Positions 50,072-59,372 of a stretch of 64,000 nucleotides of DNA are shown here, piece after piece (position 1 is the stretch's first letter; the number at the start of each line of letters is the position of its first letter). Both the position numbers and the translations under genes were made by a program. Below the pieces are notes generated by a model. The model was not told the origin of the DNA. It saw only the letters and a list, made by a program, of their open reading frames with translations, and did not search any database. The DNA lies in NCBI GenBank assembly GCA_041826605.1, contig JBHAJK010000029.1, positions 2,358-66,357 of the forward strand, read 5' to 3'. This DNA is from Lachnospiraceae bacterium. Lineage in GTDB: Bacteria; Bacillota; Clostridia; Lachnospirales; Lachnospiraceae.

Positions 50072-50112
50072 CTAAAACTTCCTTTACTTAAAAATTGAAA
50101 TGGATGAATAAT

Positions 50113-51195
50113 ATGGGAAATATTATTGATTATGTAAAAGAATATGGGGATAAAGCTTTTTCGGATATGGCTTTTAATGAAGTGGACGGGCTTGTATTAT
50201 CCCAATTTGCTTATTTCAAATGGGAAAATGTAATTCCTGAGCTGCCTGAAAATGCAGTAGGAATTACACTTAATGAGATGGCAGAAAAGATGCAGGAGGC
50301 AGAGGTTTTTTCTTACGAAAGATATGCCAGGGACAATCGTTTGTTATGGGATGCAATGCTGGGGAGCAAGCGCTATGGAAATATCAGATGTAATTATTTA
50401 TCTTCAAGTTTAAGAAAAGATGTGGAAGTGCAATTTTGTGCTTTTGTAGCTACTCCGCCGGATGCACTGCCGGTTGTGCTGTTTCGCGGTACAGATGAGA
50501 CAATTCTTGGCTGGAAAGAAGACTACAATATGTCCTTTGACACGCCCATGGCCGGGCATAGACTGGCATCATTATACCTGAAGCAGGTGGTACTTAGAAT
50601 TGAGGGAGACTTTGTTATTGCAGGTCATTCAAAGGGAGGTAATTTAGCAGTATTTTCAGCCCTTGATAATGATGACACTATTAGAAAACGTATATTTAAA
50701 ATATATGATTATGACGGACCTCATTTCAGACAGGAAATTATAGAGGAAAGAGATTTTCCAGGCATAAGGGAAAAGATACATAAGCTTATTCCGGAGTCTT
50801 CGGTGGTGGGAATTATGCTGGAGACGGAGCATTTATATGAGATTGTAAAAAGCAGAGCATTTGGAGGAGTGAGGCAGCATTATCCATATACATGGATAGT
50901 AGAGGGATGTAAATTTAAAAGAGCAAATAAGCTGGATAGAACATCACTACGCTTGAATGAGTTGTTAAATGAGTCGGCAAAGCTTATGACTAATGAACAG
51001 ATAGAGGTGGTGGGAAGTTCGATTTTTGGCATTATTGAAGAAAATGACATTGCTACTACCGAGGAAATTTTAAAAGGAAAAGGGAAATCGGCAGCAGGCT
51101 TTATCAGGGCAATCAGGGACATTGATGATGTAACCAAGGAGAAGCTTAAAGAGATATTTATAAAATTTATGAAAATACTTTATAAGTTAAAGTAA
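50113..51195 (+). CDS. DUF2974 / Mbeg1-like alpha/beta hydrolase
   Basis: FRGTDET..GWKED, GHSKGG nucleophile elbow, DGP motif. Confidence 0.85.
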   Translation: MGNIIDYVKEYGDKAFSDMAFNEVDGLVLSQFAYFKWENVIPELPENAVGITLNEMAEKMQEAEVFSYERYARDNRLLWDAMLGSKRYGNIRCNYLSSSLRKDVEVQFCAFVATPPDALPVVLFRGTDETILGWKEDYNMSFDTPMAGHRLASLYLKQVVLRIEGDFVIAGHSKGGNLAVFSALDNDDTIRKRIFKIYDYDGPHFRQEIIEERDFPGIREKIHKLIPESSVVGIMLETEHLYEIVKSRAFGGVRQHYPYTWIVEGCKFKRANKLDRTSLRLNELLNESAKLMTNEQIEVVGSSIFGIIEENDIATTEEILKGKGKSAAGFIRAIRDIDDVTKEKLKEIFIKFMKILYKLK

Positions 51196-51219
51196 TTATA
51201 TTCAAAAATAATCCGATAA
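51193..51219 (+). promoter_or_regulatory. Putative sigma-28 (SigD/FliA) promoter
   Basis: TAAT-N15-TCCGATAA versus consensus TAAA-N15-GCCGATAA. Confidence 0.5.
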
Positions 51220-51263
51220 TGTTATTATAGATACATAGTTATCAGAAGCCATGGAGGGCGAAT

Positions 51264-51620
51264 ATGAGCAGAATAACTCTAAATATAAGAACCGATTACA
51301 GTACGTTGTTTAATTCTTTAGGTTCATCAAAAAATACGGATATATTTTCAAGTGGAATAAATTTATCAGACTATGCGGATATTAAATCCGGTTCTTACGG
51401 AAAGCTTTTAAAAGCATATTATGCAAAGCAAAAGGCAGAGGCAAGCCGGACCAAGGCAGAAGCAAAGGATAAGCAGACTAAAAAGGAAAAAGAAAGTACT
51501 GCTACCGGTAAGGCTATCGAGGATAAAAACTCAAAAAGCACTAAGAAGCTGGGATATACAAATCTCGGAACCTATATGGGCAGCAGCAGTGCCGGAAATA
51601 TTTTGGATAGTATTGTGTAG
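51264..51620 (+). CDS. Hypothetical protein (118 aa), possibly flagellar regulon
   Basis: SD GGAGGG; LSDYADIKSGSYGKLLKAYY motif; sigma-28-like promoter. Confidence 0.65.
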   Translation: MSRITLNIRTDYSTLFNSLGSSKNTDIFSSGINLSDYADIKSGSYGKLLKAYYAKQKAEASRTKAEAKDKQTKKEKESTATGKAIEDKNSKSTKKLGYTNLGTYMGSSSAGNILDSIV

Positions 51621-52007
51621 GTGCCGTGGTGTTGACAGTTTGGGGATTAGAGTGATTGTTATTCTAAATGGTGATTGATTAAAAAGTATGTATGCCACAG
51701 ACGGGTGTAAGAGTAGACATAGTGTAGAGTGATATTGGGGGCAAGGATAACGACTTGTTACGAGGGCTTGTGCATGAGTGGCAAATAGAGCAGTGATTAG
51801 ATGATTAGCAATAGTATGCTATTGGCTGACTATTGACCGGTTAGCATTTAGAGTGCTATTGCCGGGCTAGCGATTAGGCAAATGTTTAGATGAGCCTATA
51901 TTGGATGAGCTTAAATGAGCTTATAGTACATTTTGCTTGACAATAAATGATAAAGCAGATAGAATTATCCGTGGACGTGAGATAGGTTCACGGATAATTT
52001 AATATGA

Positions 52008-52090
52008 GCGGAAGTGGTGGAATGGCAGACGCGCAGGCTTCAGGTGCCTGTGGTAGCAATACCGTGTGGGTTCAAGTCCCATCTTCCGCA
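52008..52090 (+). tRNA. tRNA-Leu(CAG); integration site of downstream element
   Basis: CAGGC-TTCAGGT-GCCTG anticodon arm, long variable arm; promoter TTGACA(51937)-17-TAGAAT. Confidence 0.95.
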
Positions 52091-52104
52091 TTAGGGTAAG
52101 AGGC

Positions 52105-53526
52105 CTAGAATACTTGAGAAATCAAGCGTTCTAGGCTTTCTTTTTTGGAAAATTGGATGATATTGTGGGGTTCCCTGAGGGTTCCCTCAGAGAAATCGTC
52201 ACAATCAGAATCTAGAATCGCCCTTACATTGTCTAAATAATCCTTCTGCGCGAAACTGTAATATCTTAGGTTTGTCTCAATAGAGTGACCAAGCATCGCT
52301 GCTCTATCAGCAACAGATACTCCCTTTGGAATCAACACATTAGAATTAAGTGACATTCTGAGTGCGTGGTTATTAGTTACATTGAAGTTTTTAGACTGGC
52401 ATAATCTTCGAAGGAATGTGATATAGGCATCTTTCTTGATCCATTCACCATTTTCATCGCAGAAAATGAATTCGGAGTTAATACCGCGTTCATCCTGCTT
52501 TGCTCTGATTTCAGCTAACAAGCTTTTTATATTTCTTGTGAGCGGAAATTCTCGTCCATCTTCGGATTCGCCCTTTTCATTTTTGGTGTATGGCACAATA
52601 TAATATTCCGTGCCACCTTTTTGTTTCTTTGATAATTGCTGGGAATGAATATGGATTGATGTTTCTTTTATATCTTCCTATTTCATAGCACATAGCTCAC
52701 CAACTCGCACGCCTGTCTCAATGGCAAAAAGCATTGCATAGCCATTGATATAATAATCACCATACTTTTTTAGAGTCATCCTGCGTCTTACTTCGGCTTT
52801 AAGCATATCAATCTCTTCGGGAGAAAGAATCTTTTCTTCTGGCTTTGCCTTTGAAGTATCACAGGACTTCATATATGGTGCGTTCTTGATTCGAATAAGA
52901 GGATTCTCAGCAATAAGTTTATGCGCATAGGCATATTCAAATATGAGGTTGAGAACGCTCTTAAAGCTTAAAAATGCCTTCTTCGTAGGATGCTCTCGAT
53001 TTACCAATTCCTGAATATACTTCTTGATTTCTATCTCAGTAATTGCTCGAATATCCCTTGTGGCAAGCTCTGCAGATATAAAACGATTATAATCTGCGCT
53101 TATCTTATCAAGAGTGTTTTGTTTGGGATTCTCTGTTACAGCCTTTTCAGCCAGTGCAGCCTTGAAAATAGATCTCAAGGACATATCAGAGTTTCCGTCG
53201 GCGTAAAAGTTATAAAGCTTGTCAATAAGCCCTTCATAGGTAGTAGCCTTTATTTTCTTACCATCAGCCATCTTGGTGATGTAGTAAGCATTAGGGTTAC
53301 TTTCTGTCGGCTCGTGATAGCTTATCGAACGTGGTGTGCCATCCACGGTTACATGATTGGCAAGCACTAATTGTTGTTTTAGTGCACGTTCTTTTTTGTT
53401 AATCATTTCTAATTCATATCCAGCACCGTCACTATCGATGATACCTAGATTTAACTGTGACTGCAATGATTCTTTTTGGTTTTTTATATTTTCTATAAGT
53501 TTAATAATTTCTTTGCTCTTGTTCAT
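52105..53526 (-). pseudogene. Tyrosine integrase interrupted by one in-frame TAG (52678-52680)
   Basis: The two track ORFs share a frame; readthrough gives GVRVGELCAMK*EDIKETSIHIHSQQL...HALR...LGH..Y, 473 codons. Confidence 0.88.
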
Positions 53527-53548
53527 TCATTCTCCTTTTTCAGAAATG

Positions 53549-53590
53549 AAAAAAGGCACCCGACACAGCAAAGGCTGTATCAGATGCCTT
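53549..53590 (-). terminator. Minus-strand terminator between the VirE operon and the integrase
   Basis: Minus strand AAGGCATCTGATACAGC-CTTT-GCTGTGTCGGGTGCCTT-TTTT; mismatches are G-U only on this strand. Confidence 0.75.
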
Positions 53591-53696
53591 GGAACTAACG
53601 AACCTTGTTTTTTCAAAACTTTTAATTCGTTATTCTTTTCAATTTCTATTTTTTTGTAGTTTCTTGGTTCTCTGGTTCCATAAAAAAAGAGAAGGT

Positions 53697-55097
53697 CTAC
53701 TTAAACGGTAGTTCCTTCTCCTCTTCAAGGGTTAATTGCTTAAATTCCGGTTCGTTAAGGTCTTGAATTAGAACCCATGCCTTTTGCTTGCCGTAAGCTT
53801 CAAAATAATGTGAGGTTTTTCTATACTCATTAGCAAAAGCCTTATTGATGATTTCTGCTATATCATTTGATAGCCATCTGTCTAGTGTTGTTACATTCTC
53901 CATATCAAGAGCTTCCTCTGCCAAAAGCTTCGTACAGATATATTTTGGATGCTCTTTTTCGATATAGTTGACAATTGCTGTTTCAAGTGGATCCTCCGGC
54001 ATGAACTTCTTTTGGTGAAGCTTTAATTCTTGCTCCATTTCCGGAGACAATACCAGCTGATAGTCACCGCTTTGATATATAGTCATGACTTCAGCCCACA
54101 GTTGTTCAAAATATCTTCTGGTCTCATCAGGATTGGAATTGATATGGACCTCTGCATTAGCCATATCAACTTCAATAGGCAAAAAACGTCTATTGCCGGA
54201 CTTATCTGGTGGCAGGAATTCTGTTCTGTTTGAGGTGCCAGCAAATACACACTGTCTAGGATGGTCAGCAGAATACTTTTCATATTTGATTCTGTAATTA
54301 TCTGACTGCCTGCTGATGAAAGACTTTGTTTCCTCAACATATTTTGCCTTTAATATGGCAAGCATTTCAGGAATCTCAAGTATCCAGTGTCCACTGAGCT
54401 GCTCAAAGATATCTTTGTCACTGAGTTTTTTGATATCATCAGTAAACCATTCATCCTCCATGGCAAGATACCTTAGAAAAGAAGATTTACCTGCTCCCTG
54501 ACCACCAACAAGACAGAGCATATACTCAAACTTGCAGCCGGGATTAAAAACCCTTTCGATAGCACCTAGCATAAAAACCTTTAGGGATTCAATTGCAAGA
54601 GGTGTATCTTCAACACCAAGATATTTGCTCAGTACATGTTTTAGCCGTTCGTTACCATCCCACACAAGGGAATTCAGTTTGTCTTTGACAGGATGATAGG
54701 AGTTCTCTTTTGCGACAACTCTAATGGCTCGTTCAATCTGCTTGTCCATTTTAAGACCATAATTCTTTTCAAGATAAATAATGATGTTGTCCTGATCATT
54801 GTCTGTAAATGCTGTTGTGAATCTTTTCCACGGCATTTCTCTTACAATGTCCATTTGGTTTGTCATTTCATTAAACCTAATTGCTCCACTTAAAAGTTCG
54901 TCATACTCAAGGGCGAGCTTGCAGTTCTCATTGTATTGTTTAATGTTGCCTTTGTCGTCTGTAGAAAATGCTGGAGCTGTCCTGTCACTATTTTTAGAAG
55001 CCAGATACGCATCCAATTGGCCCGAACTGATCATTTCTTCAAGGGCTTTAGTAAGCTCTGGTGTCACAATTAATTTCTTCGATTCTGCGTTTAACAC
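53697..55097 (-). CDS. VirE/VapE-family P-loop helicase (primase-associated)
   Basis: PGCKF..ML.LVGGQGAGKS, RQCVFAGTSN, GNRRF and QLWAE motifs. Confidence 0.88.
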   Translation of the reverse strand: MLNAESKKLIVTPELTKALEEMISSGQLDAYLASKNSDRTAPAFSTDDKGNIKQYNENCKLALEYDELLSGAIRFNEMTNQMDIVREMPWKRFTTAFTDNDQDNIIIYLEKNYGLKMDKQIERAIRVVAKENSYHPVKDKLNSLVWDGNERLKHVLSKYLGVEDTPLAIESLKVFMLGAIERVFNPGCKFEYMLCLVGGQGAGKSSFLRYLAMEDEWFTDDIKKLSDKDIFEQLSGHWILEIPEMLAILKAKYVEETKSFISRQSDNYRIKYEKYSADHPRQCVFAGTSNRTEFLPPDKSGNRRFLPIEVDMANAEVHINSNPDETRRYFEQLWAEVMTIYQSGDYQLVLSPEMEQELKLHQKKFMPEDPLETAIVNYIEKEHPKYICTKLLAEEALDMENVTTLDRWLSNDIAEIINKAFANEYRKTSHYFEAYGKQKAWVLIQDLNEPEFKQLTLEEEKELPFK

Positions 55098-55671
55098 GAT
55101 TAATTACCTCCTTGTTTACTGATAAAGTTTCAATATTTTCTTTTAATGTTCCGTTCTCGATTTCTTCCAAAAGGTCAGCAATGAGTACCAGCTGATGAGC
55201 AGATTCCTCAAAAAGAGGATGGCAATTTTCCAGCTCCCCCGGTGTATTTGGTGCAAGGTCAATACTTGCTCTGAAAAGGATTCGATGGTACTCACGCAAA
55301 AAATTAAGAGCATCACGCTTATAAAGCTGAAATGCTCTTAGTTGCTCCTTTTCCTTATTCTGTTTTTTAATTGCAGCTTTCATTGTGGAACTGAATGCTG
55401 TAGGTGTATTGGTTATTGGAATGCAAAAATCTGTGGCCAACTTCTTGGCAGCATCTATAGCTCTAAGTCCATCCATGCGCTCCACAAAATTAATAACATC
55501 ACCATCGGCACCACAGCCAAAACAATGAAATCTGTTATCAACCTTCATGCTTGGATGTCTGTCAGGATGGAATGGACAACAGCACATTCCGTTTCTCGAA
55601 ACTTTAATTCCATAAAAAATGGCTGCATCCCTAGTGGACACAGCCGACTTGATTTGTTCAAATATATTCAT
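55048..55671 (-). CDS. CHC2 zinc-finger (primase Zn-binding) protein
   Basis: CCPFHPDRHPSM...FHCFGCG..GDVI. Confidence 0.88.
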   Translation of the reverse strand: MNIFEQIKSAVSTRDAAIFYGIKVSRNGMCCCPFHPDRHPSMKVDNRFHCFGCGADGDVINFVERMDGLRAIDAAKKLATDFCIPITNTPTAFSSTMKAAIKKQNKEKEQLRAFQLYKRDALNFLREYHRILFRASIDLAPNTPGELENCHPLFEESAHQLVLIADLLEEIENGTLKENIETLSVNKEVINRVKRRIEEINCDTRAY

Positions 55672-55673
55672 TT

Positions 55674-57179
55674 TTATCTAGCTCCTTTGTTTTTGTTGTG
55701 TTCTACTTCGTGTTGTTTCTCCTTAGGCATTGTTTCCAATATTGCCTGTTTGAACTTGAATGCCAACTTTGATTCTGCCTCAAGGGATGATACTTCAGGA
55801 GATAAAGCTGCTATTTCTTCCAAAAGCTTTTCTCTTTTGGTCAAAAGCGGTTTTCTTAATGCAGAATAATTTTTAGCCTCTGGGAATCGTTCCTTTAGGA
55901 TTCTTCTTGCTGTATAAAAGAGTGTCAGTTCAGCTCGATGTGATTCATAAAAAGCATTACGTTTTGATTCTAAACGAAAAGAACCTTTCTTCTCATGAAT
56001 AGGCTTTCCAGCTTCATAGGCATCGATATGCCTTAGACTTTCATCTAAGGACTTAAGCTTGGTCTCCAGGCTTTTCAGCTTATGCTTGGCATCATAGCTT
56101 CTACTAAAAGCCGCTGAAGCATAGTCCATCAAATCATCGATGGAATTGATGTCATGCTCCTTAATAAACAAAAGCATCTGTCCATAAAGCTTTGCATTGT
56201 TGGCTTTAGCTTTCTGTGAATAGGCACCGGCATTTCGCTTTTCCATATAAGAAATTAAATAATCACCAAGTTCAGAACGCTTAGAAGATGCTTCTTTCAT
56301 AGCAGCTTCTTCAGCAGCTATTTCTTTTTTGATTTCCGAGATGGTGTCAATCAAGCCTTTGAAAATACTCTTGGCATTGGTAAGCATCTTGTTAAAAGCT
56401 TTGACCATCCTGTTATAGTTGCCGCGTTCTGTCTCAATGCCTCTTGCTTCCATAGCACGAACCTTTGGTCCCTCATGAATGGTAGGAAGCTGGTCAAGGC
56501 CCTGATCTACATTTGAACGATGGTCAATTCTATCCGGAAGACCTTTTTCTTCAAAAATAGCATTTACTGCATCAGCCCAGTTCTTTCTCCATTCAAGAAG
56601 TTTTTCTGGAGTGCCCCAATCAGTTTCGGCAACAGCATTAAATTTGCGTTTTCCATCTTCATCTAAAATGGGATCACCATTCTCATCATATAAATATTCT
56701 CGATGCTGTTTATTGCCCCAAGCACCGTCAGGTGTAAGCGGCCTGATTGGTACAAGCACATGCACATGTGGATTAGGAATTCCGTTCTCACCCTTGTCTG
56801 GGTTATGAATAGCCCAGTCGCAAATCATACCCTCGTCAACAAAATTTTCTTGAATGAAACTTCTGGCAAGAGCAAGATTTTCTTCATAAGAAAATTCATT
56901 TTGCAAAGCAAAGTCGAAGGAATACATAAGCTGCGCCTTGGGATGTTTTTCAATCTGCTCCAGTTCATTCCAAAGAGTTTCACGGTCTGCAAAACGTGTC
57001 GGTGCATTTTCTGGTAATGAGATTTCAGAGTGAAGTACACCTTGCTTTCTGGTGTAATCTTGGATGGTGCCATAGTATTCATCAACAAGCTTTTCACCAG
57101 AACGATATGCTGCACACGCAACAGCGCTTCGTCCATCAGCTCTTGATACTGGTTCGACATGAAAATGATATAAAGCCAT
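55674..57179 (-). CDS. MobA/MobL (MOBQ) relaxase
   Basis: MALYHF, AAYRSGE, AIH...NPHVH 3H motif, WR..WA...N and RIDHRS. Confidence 0.92.
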   Translation of the reverse strand: MALYHFHVEPVSRADGRSAVACAAYRSGEKLVDEYYGTIQDYTRKQGVLHSEISLPENAPTRFADRETLWNELEQIEKHPKAQLMYSFDFALQNEFSYEENLALARSFIQENFVDEGMICDWAIHNPDKGENGIPNPHVHVLVPIRPLTPDGAWGNKQHREYLYDENGDPILDEDGKRKFNAVAETDWGTPEKLLEWRKNWADAVNAIFEEKGLPDRIDHRSNVDQGLDQLPTIHEGPKVRAMEARGIETERGNYNRMVKAFNKMLTNAKSIFKGLIDTISEIKKEIAAEEAAMKEASSKRSELGDYLISYMEKRNAGAYSQKAKANNAKLYGQMLLFIKEHDINSIDDLMDYASAAFSRSYDAKHKLKSLETKLKSLDESLRHIDAYEAGKPIHEKKGSFRLESKRNAFYESHRAELTLFYTARRILKERFPEAKNYSALRKPLLTKREKLLEEIAALSPEVSSLEAESKLAFKFKQAILETMPKEKQHEVEHNKNKGAR

Positions 57180-57433
57180 TAATTTTCACCTCCTTTCAAC
57201 TTGCTAAGGAATTCTCTGAACTCCTCTTCAGTGAAATTCTTGGTCTCGGGAAAGAAGTATTCCGTGTCAGCGCCACGTACAATAAGCCTGTGAGTTCGAT
57301 CACGGCGGATTCTTTTTTCCTCCTTCTCCATGAGACTCTGTTTTCTTTGAAGCTGGTGCTTTGCCTGCTCCAATTCCTTTTGTGCCTTCTCAAGTCTCTG
57401 GCGAAGGCTTTGTAAGTTTTTGTTTTCTTCCAT
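57179..57433 (-). CDS. Relaxosome accessory protein (DUF3847-like, 84 aa)
   Basis: RRDRTHRLIVRGA motif; SD AAGGAG upstream of ATG at 57433. Confidence 0.78.
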   Translation of the reverse strand: MEENKNLQSLRQRLEKAQKELEQAKHQLQRKQSLMEKEEKRIRRDRTHRLIVRGADTEYFFPETKNFTEEEFREFLSKLKGGEN

Positions 57434-57569
57434 AGTGGTTCTCCTTTTGAAAAATAAATTTTTACAACAAAATAAGCTCCAGACTTTCCAACTGCGTGCC
57501 GATGGAAAGTGGAGCTTATAATCCGGAGCGTAAGCGAACGCAAACCTGCTGCTCGGGCAGCAACGCACG

Positions 57570-57600
57570 TACCTCCTTTGGAGGTATAGAAGTGCGCCCT
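57570..57600 (+). promoter_or_regulatory. oriT (MOBQ-type nic site)
   Basis: Hairpin TACCTCC-TTT-GGAGGTA followed by TAGAAGTGCGCCCT, matching the RSF1010-family AAGTGCGCCCT core. Confidence 0.82.
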
Positions 57601-57770
57601 TATTAAAAATAAGGAAATTGGGCGTCGTCTGATTAACGCTCCTACTTAATATTACGGAGAAAAATAGCGAGAAGCCGATTTTGTAATATAATTTCCCGTT
57701 TCTTAAAAATATTGGTTTATGGAATAGATTTTTGATGCAAATTTGCACGATTAATGCTATGATTTATAAG

Positions 57771-57782
57771 GAACATTTGTTT
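57771..57782. promoter_or_regulatory. Putative LexA box upstream of XRE-sigma operon
   Basis: GAACATTTGTTT, 1 mismatch from the recA box at 42344. Confidence 0.55.
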
Positions 57783-57796
57783 GCTAGAGGGATGAA

Positions 57797-58651
57797 ATGA
57801 GAGAAAGATTATCTGGCAATCTGCAACAGAGATTGCGTGAGCTTAGAGAAGAACATGGCTATAAAAGTATGAATAAACTTGCCGATGCTCTTGAAATTGA
57901 TAGAACAACTTATAGCAGAATTGAAAAAGGAGAAACTAAAACCATCAACAGCGATATCCTTATCAAACTCACAGAATTATATGATGTGTCTGCTGATTAC
58001 ATACTTGGATTGTCACATACTCCTGAAAAAACATATGATGATATAGCAGAACTTGGACTCTCTATTGAAGCTGCTAAAAATTTGTATTCTGGCAAATTGG
58101 ACGCTAGGGTTGTTAATGAACTTCTTACTAATGATAAATTTGCTGTAGCGAGTAAAATGATGGGAACTTATTTTGAAGGTTCTGTGGCAGCGATACTTAA
58201 AACACAAAACGAGCTATTGGATTTTTCATACAATCTTGTTCTAGAGTACACAGCAAGTGGTGCCCTCCCTAAAGATGATTATGTTGATAATATTAAGAAA
58301 AATCTTAAAAGCAGCAAGGCACCTGTCAGCAAATTTGAGCTTACAAAGATTGAGCAACAGCTTATGTCTGCTATTCGAGAGATAAGAAAAAAAGTCATTG
58401 ATGAGGTAAATGACCATCAGGCTAACCAAGGAATTATCTATTATGACATAATTCAAGCTGTTAAGGATGATGTTGATGCGGTTCCAACCATAAAGGATTT
58501 GCCAGAAGAACAAAAGAAAGAAATTGTTATTGAAGCAATGCAAAGGGCGGTTAATAATGTTCCGGATATTACTGATGAGGATAAAGGTGATTTGGCAACA
58601 ATAATTGAACAGATTGCTCCAACACTTATGAATTTATGGAAAAGAAATTAA
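57797..58651 (+). CDS. XRE-family HTH regulator with long C-terminal domain
   Basis: LRELREE...LADAL.IDRTTYSRIEKG...YDVSADYILG. Confidence 0.88.
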   Translation: MRERLSGNLQQRLRELREEHGYKSMNKLADALEIDRTTYSRIEKGETKTINSDILIKLTELYDVSADYILGLSHTPEKTYDDIAELGLSIEAAKNLYSGKLDARVVNELLTNDKFAVASKMMGTYFEGSVAAILKTQNELLDFSYNLVLEYTASGALPKDDYVDNIKKNLKSSKAPVSKFELTKIEQQLMSAIREIRKKVIDEVNDHQANQGIIYYDIIQAVKDDVDAVPTIKDLPEEQKKEIVIEAMQRAVNNVPDITDEDKGDLATIIEQIAPTLMNLWKRN

Positions 58652-59328
58652 CTAAAGCGCAGAAAAAAGATAGACGTAACCGAGAGCTCTGTAAGCTTGT
58701 TAAAAAGAATGACCTATATGCAGAGACAAGACTACTGATGGAAAATGAAGGATTAATTGTTCAGCTTGCATCAAGTATGGAAATCATATATGACCTAGAC
58801 ATTAATCGCTGGGGTGGAATTGAAAAGGAAGACATCATACAAGAAGGACGTATCGCTATGCTAAGAGCTGCTCAAAGATATGATGTGGATGGCGATACAA
58901 AATTTTCAACATTTGCTTATAAAGTTATGAAAAATGCTATGAAGGATCTTTGCAAAAAGGGTGTTTCTGCATTTGAAAATCGTATGGTTGAATCCGGAAT
59001 GGTTCAAGTATTTTTAGATGATGACTATTCTGATGATGAATATGAGGTTGGCGTTTCTGACACAATAAAGGCAGATGATGAATTTGATCCAACTGCTAAG
59101 CTAGCTGTATTACATGTAATGCTTCAAAAGATGCATAATAGACTTCATATGCTACCGGAACGAGAACAAAGAATTCTTGCTTACCATTATGGCTTAGGTG
59201 AACTTGCATGCAGAACCATTAGCGAGGCTGCGGCGCATTTTTATTTTACAGAAAAATATATATCTGAAATTGAAGCTAACGCGCTTGCTACTCTTAGAGA
59301 TGGCATGAATGATGGGAAAATAATCTAG
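58636..59328 (+). CDS. Sigma-70 family RNA polymerase sigma factor
   Basis: Region 2 EDIIQEG.IAM.RAA.RYD...FSTFAY; region 4 LPEREQRIL...YGL. Confidence 0.85.
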   Translation: MEKKLTKAQKKDRRNRELCKLVKKNDLYAETRLLMENEGLIVQLASSMEIIYDLDINRWGGIEKEDIIQEGRIAMLRAAQRYDVDGDTKFSTFAYKVMKNAMKDLCKKGVSAFENRMVESGMVQVFLDDDYSDDEYEVGVSDTIKADDEFDPTAKLAVLHVMLQKMHNRLHMLPEREQRILAYHYGLGELACRTISEAAAHFYFTEKYISEIEANALATLRDGMNDGKII

Positions 59329-59372
59329 AAATGAATTATTGCGACATGTCGCAACAATTTGGAGGATATTAT

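Noticed and set aside
57434-57748. N-terminal extension of the 189-aa minus-strand ORF and overlapping 57196-57543 ORF
   Set aside because: The region is oriT and promoter DNA; the SD supports a start at 57433.
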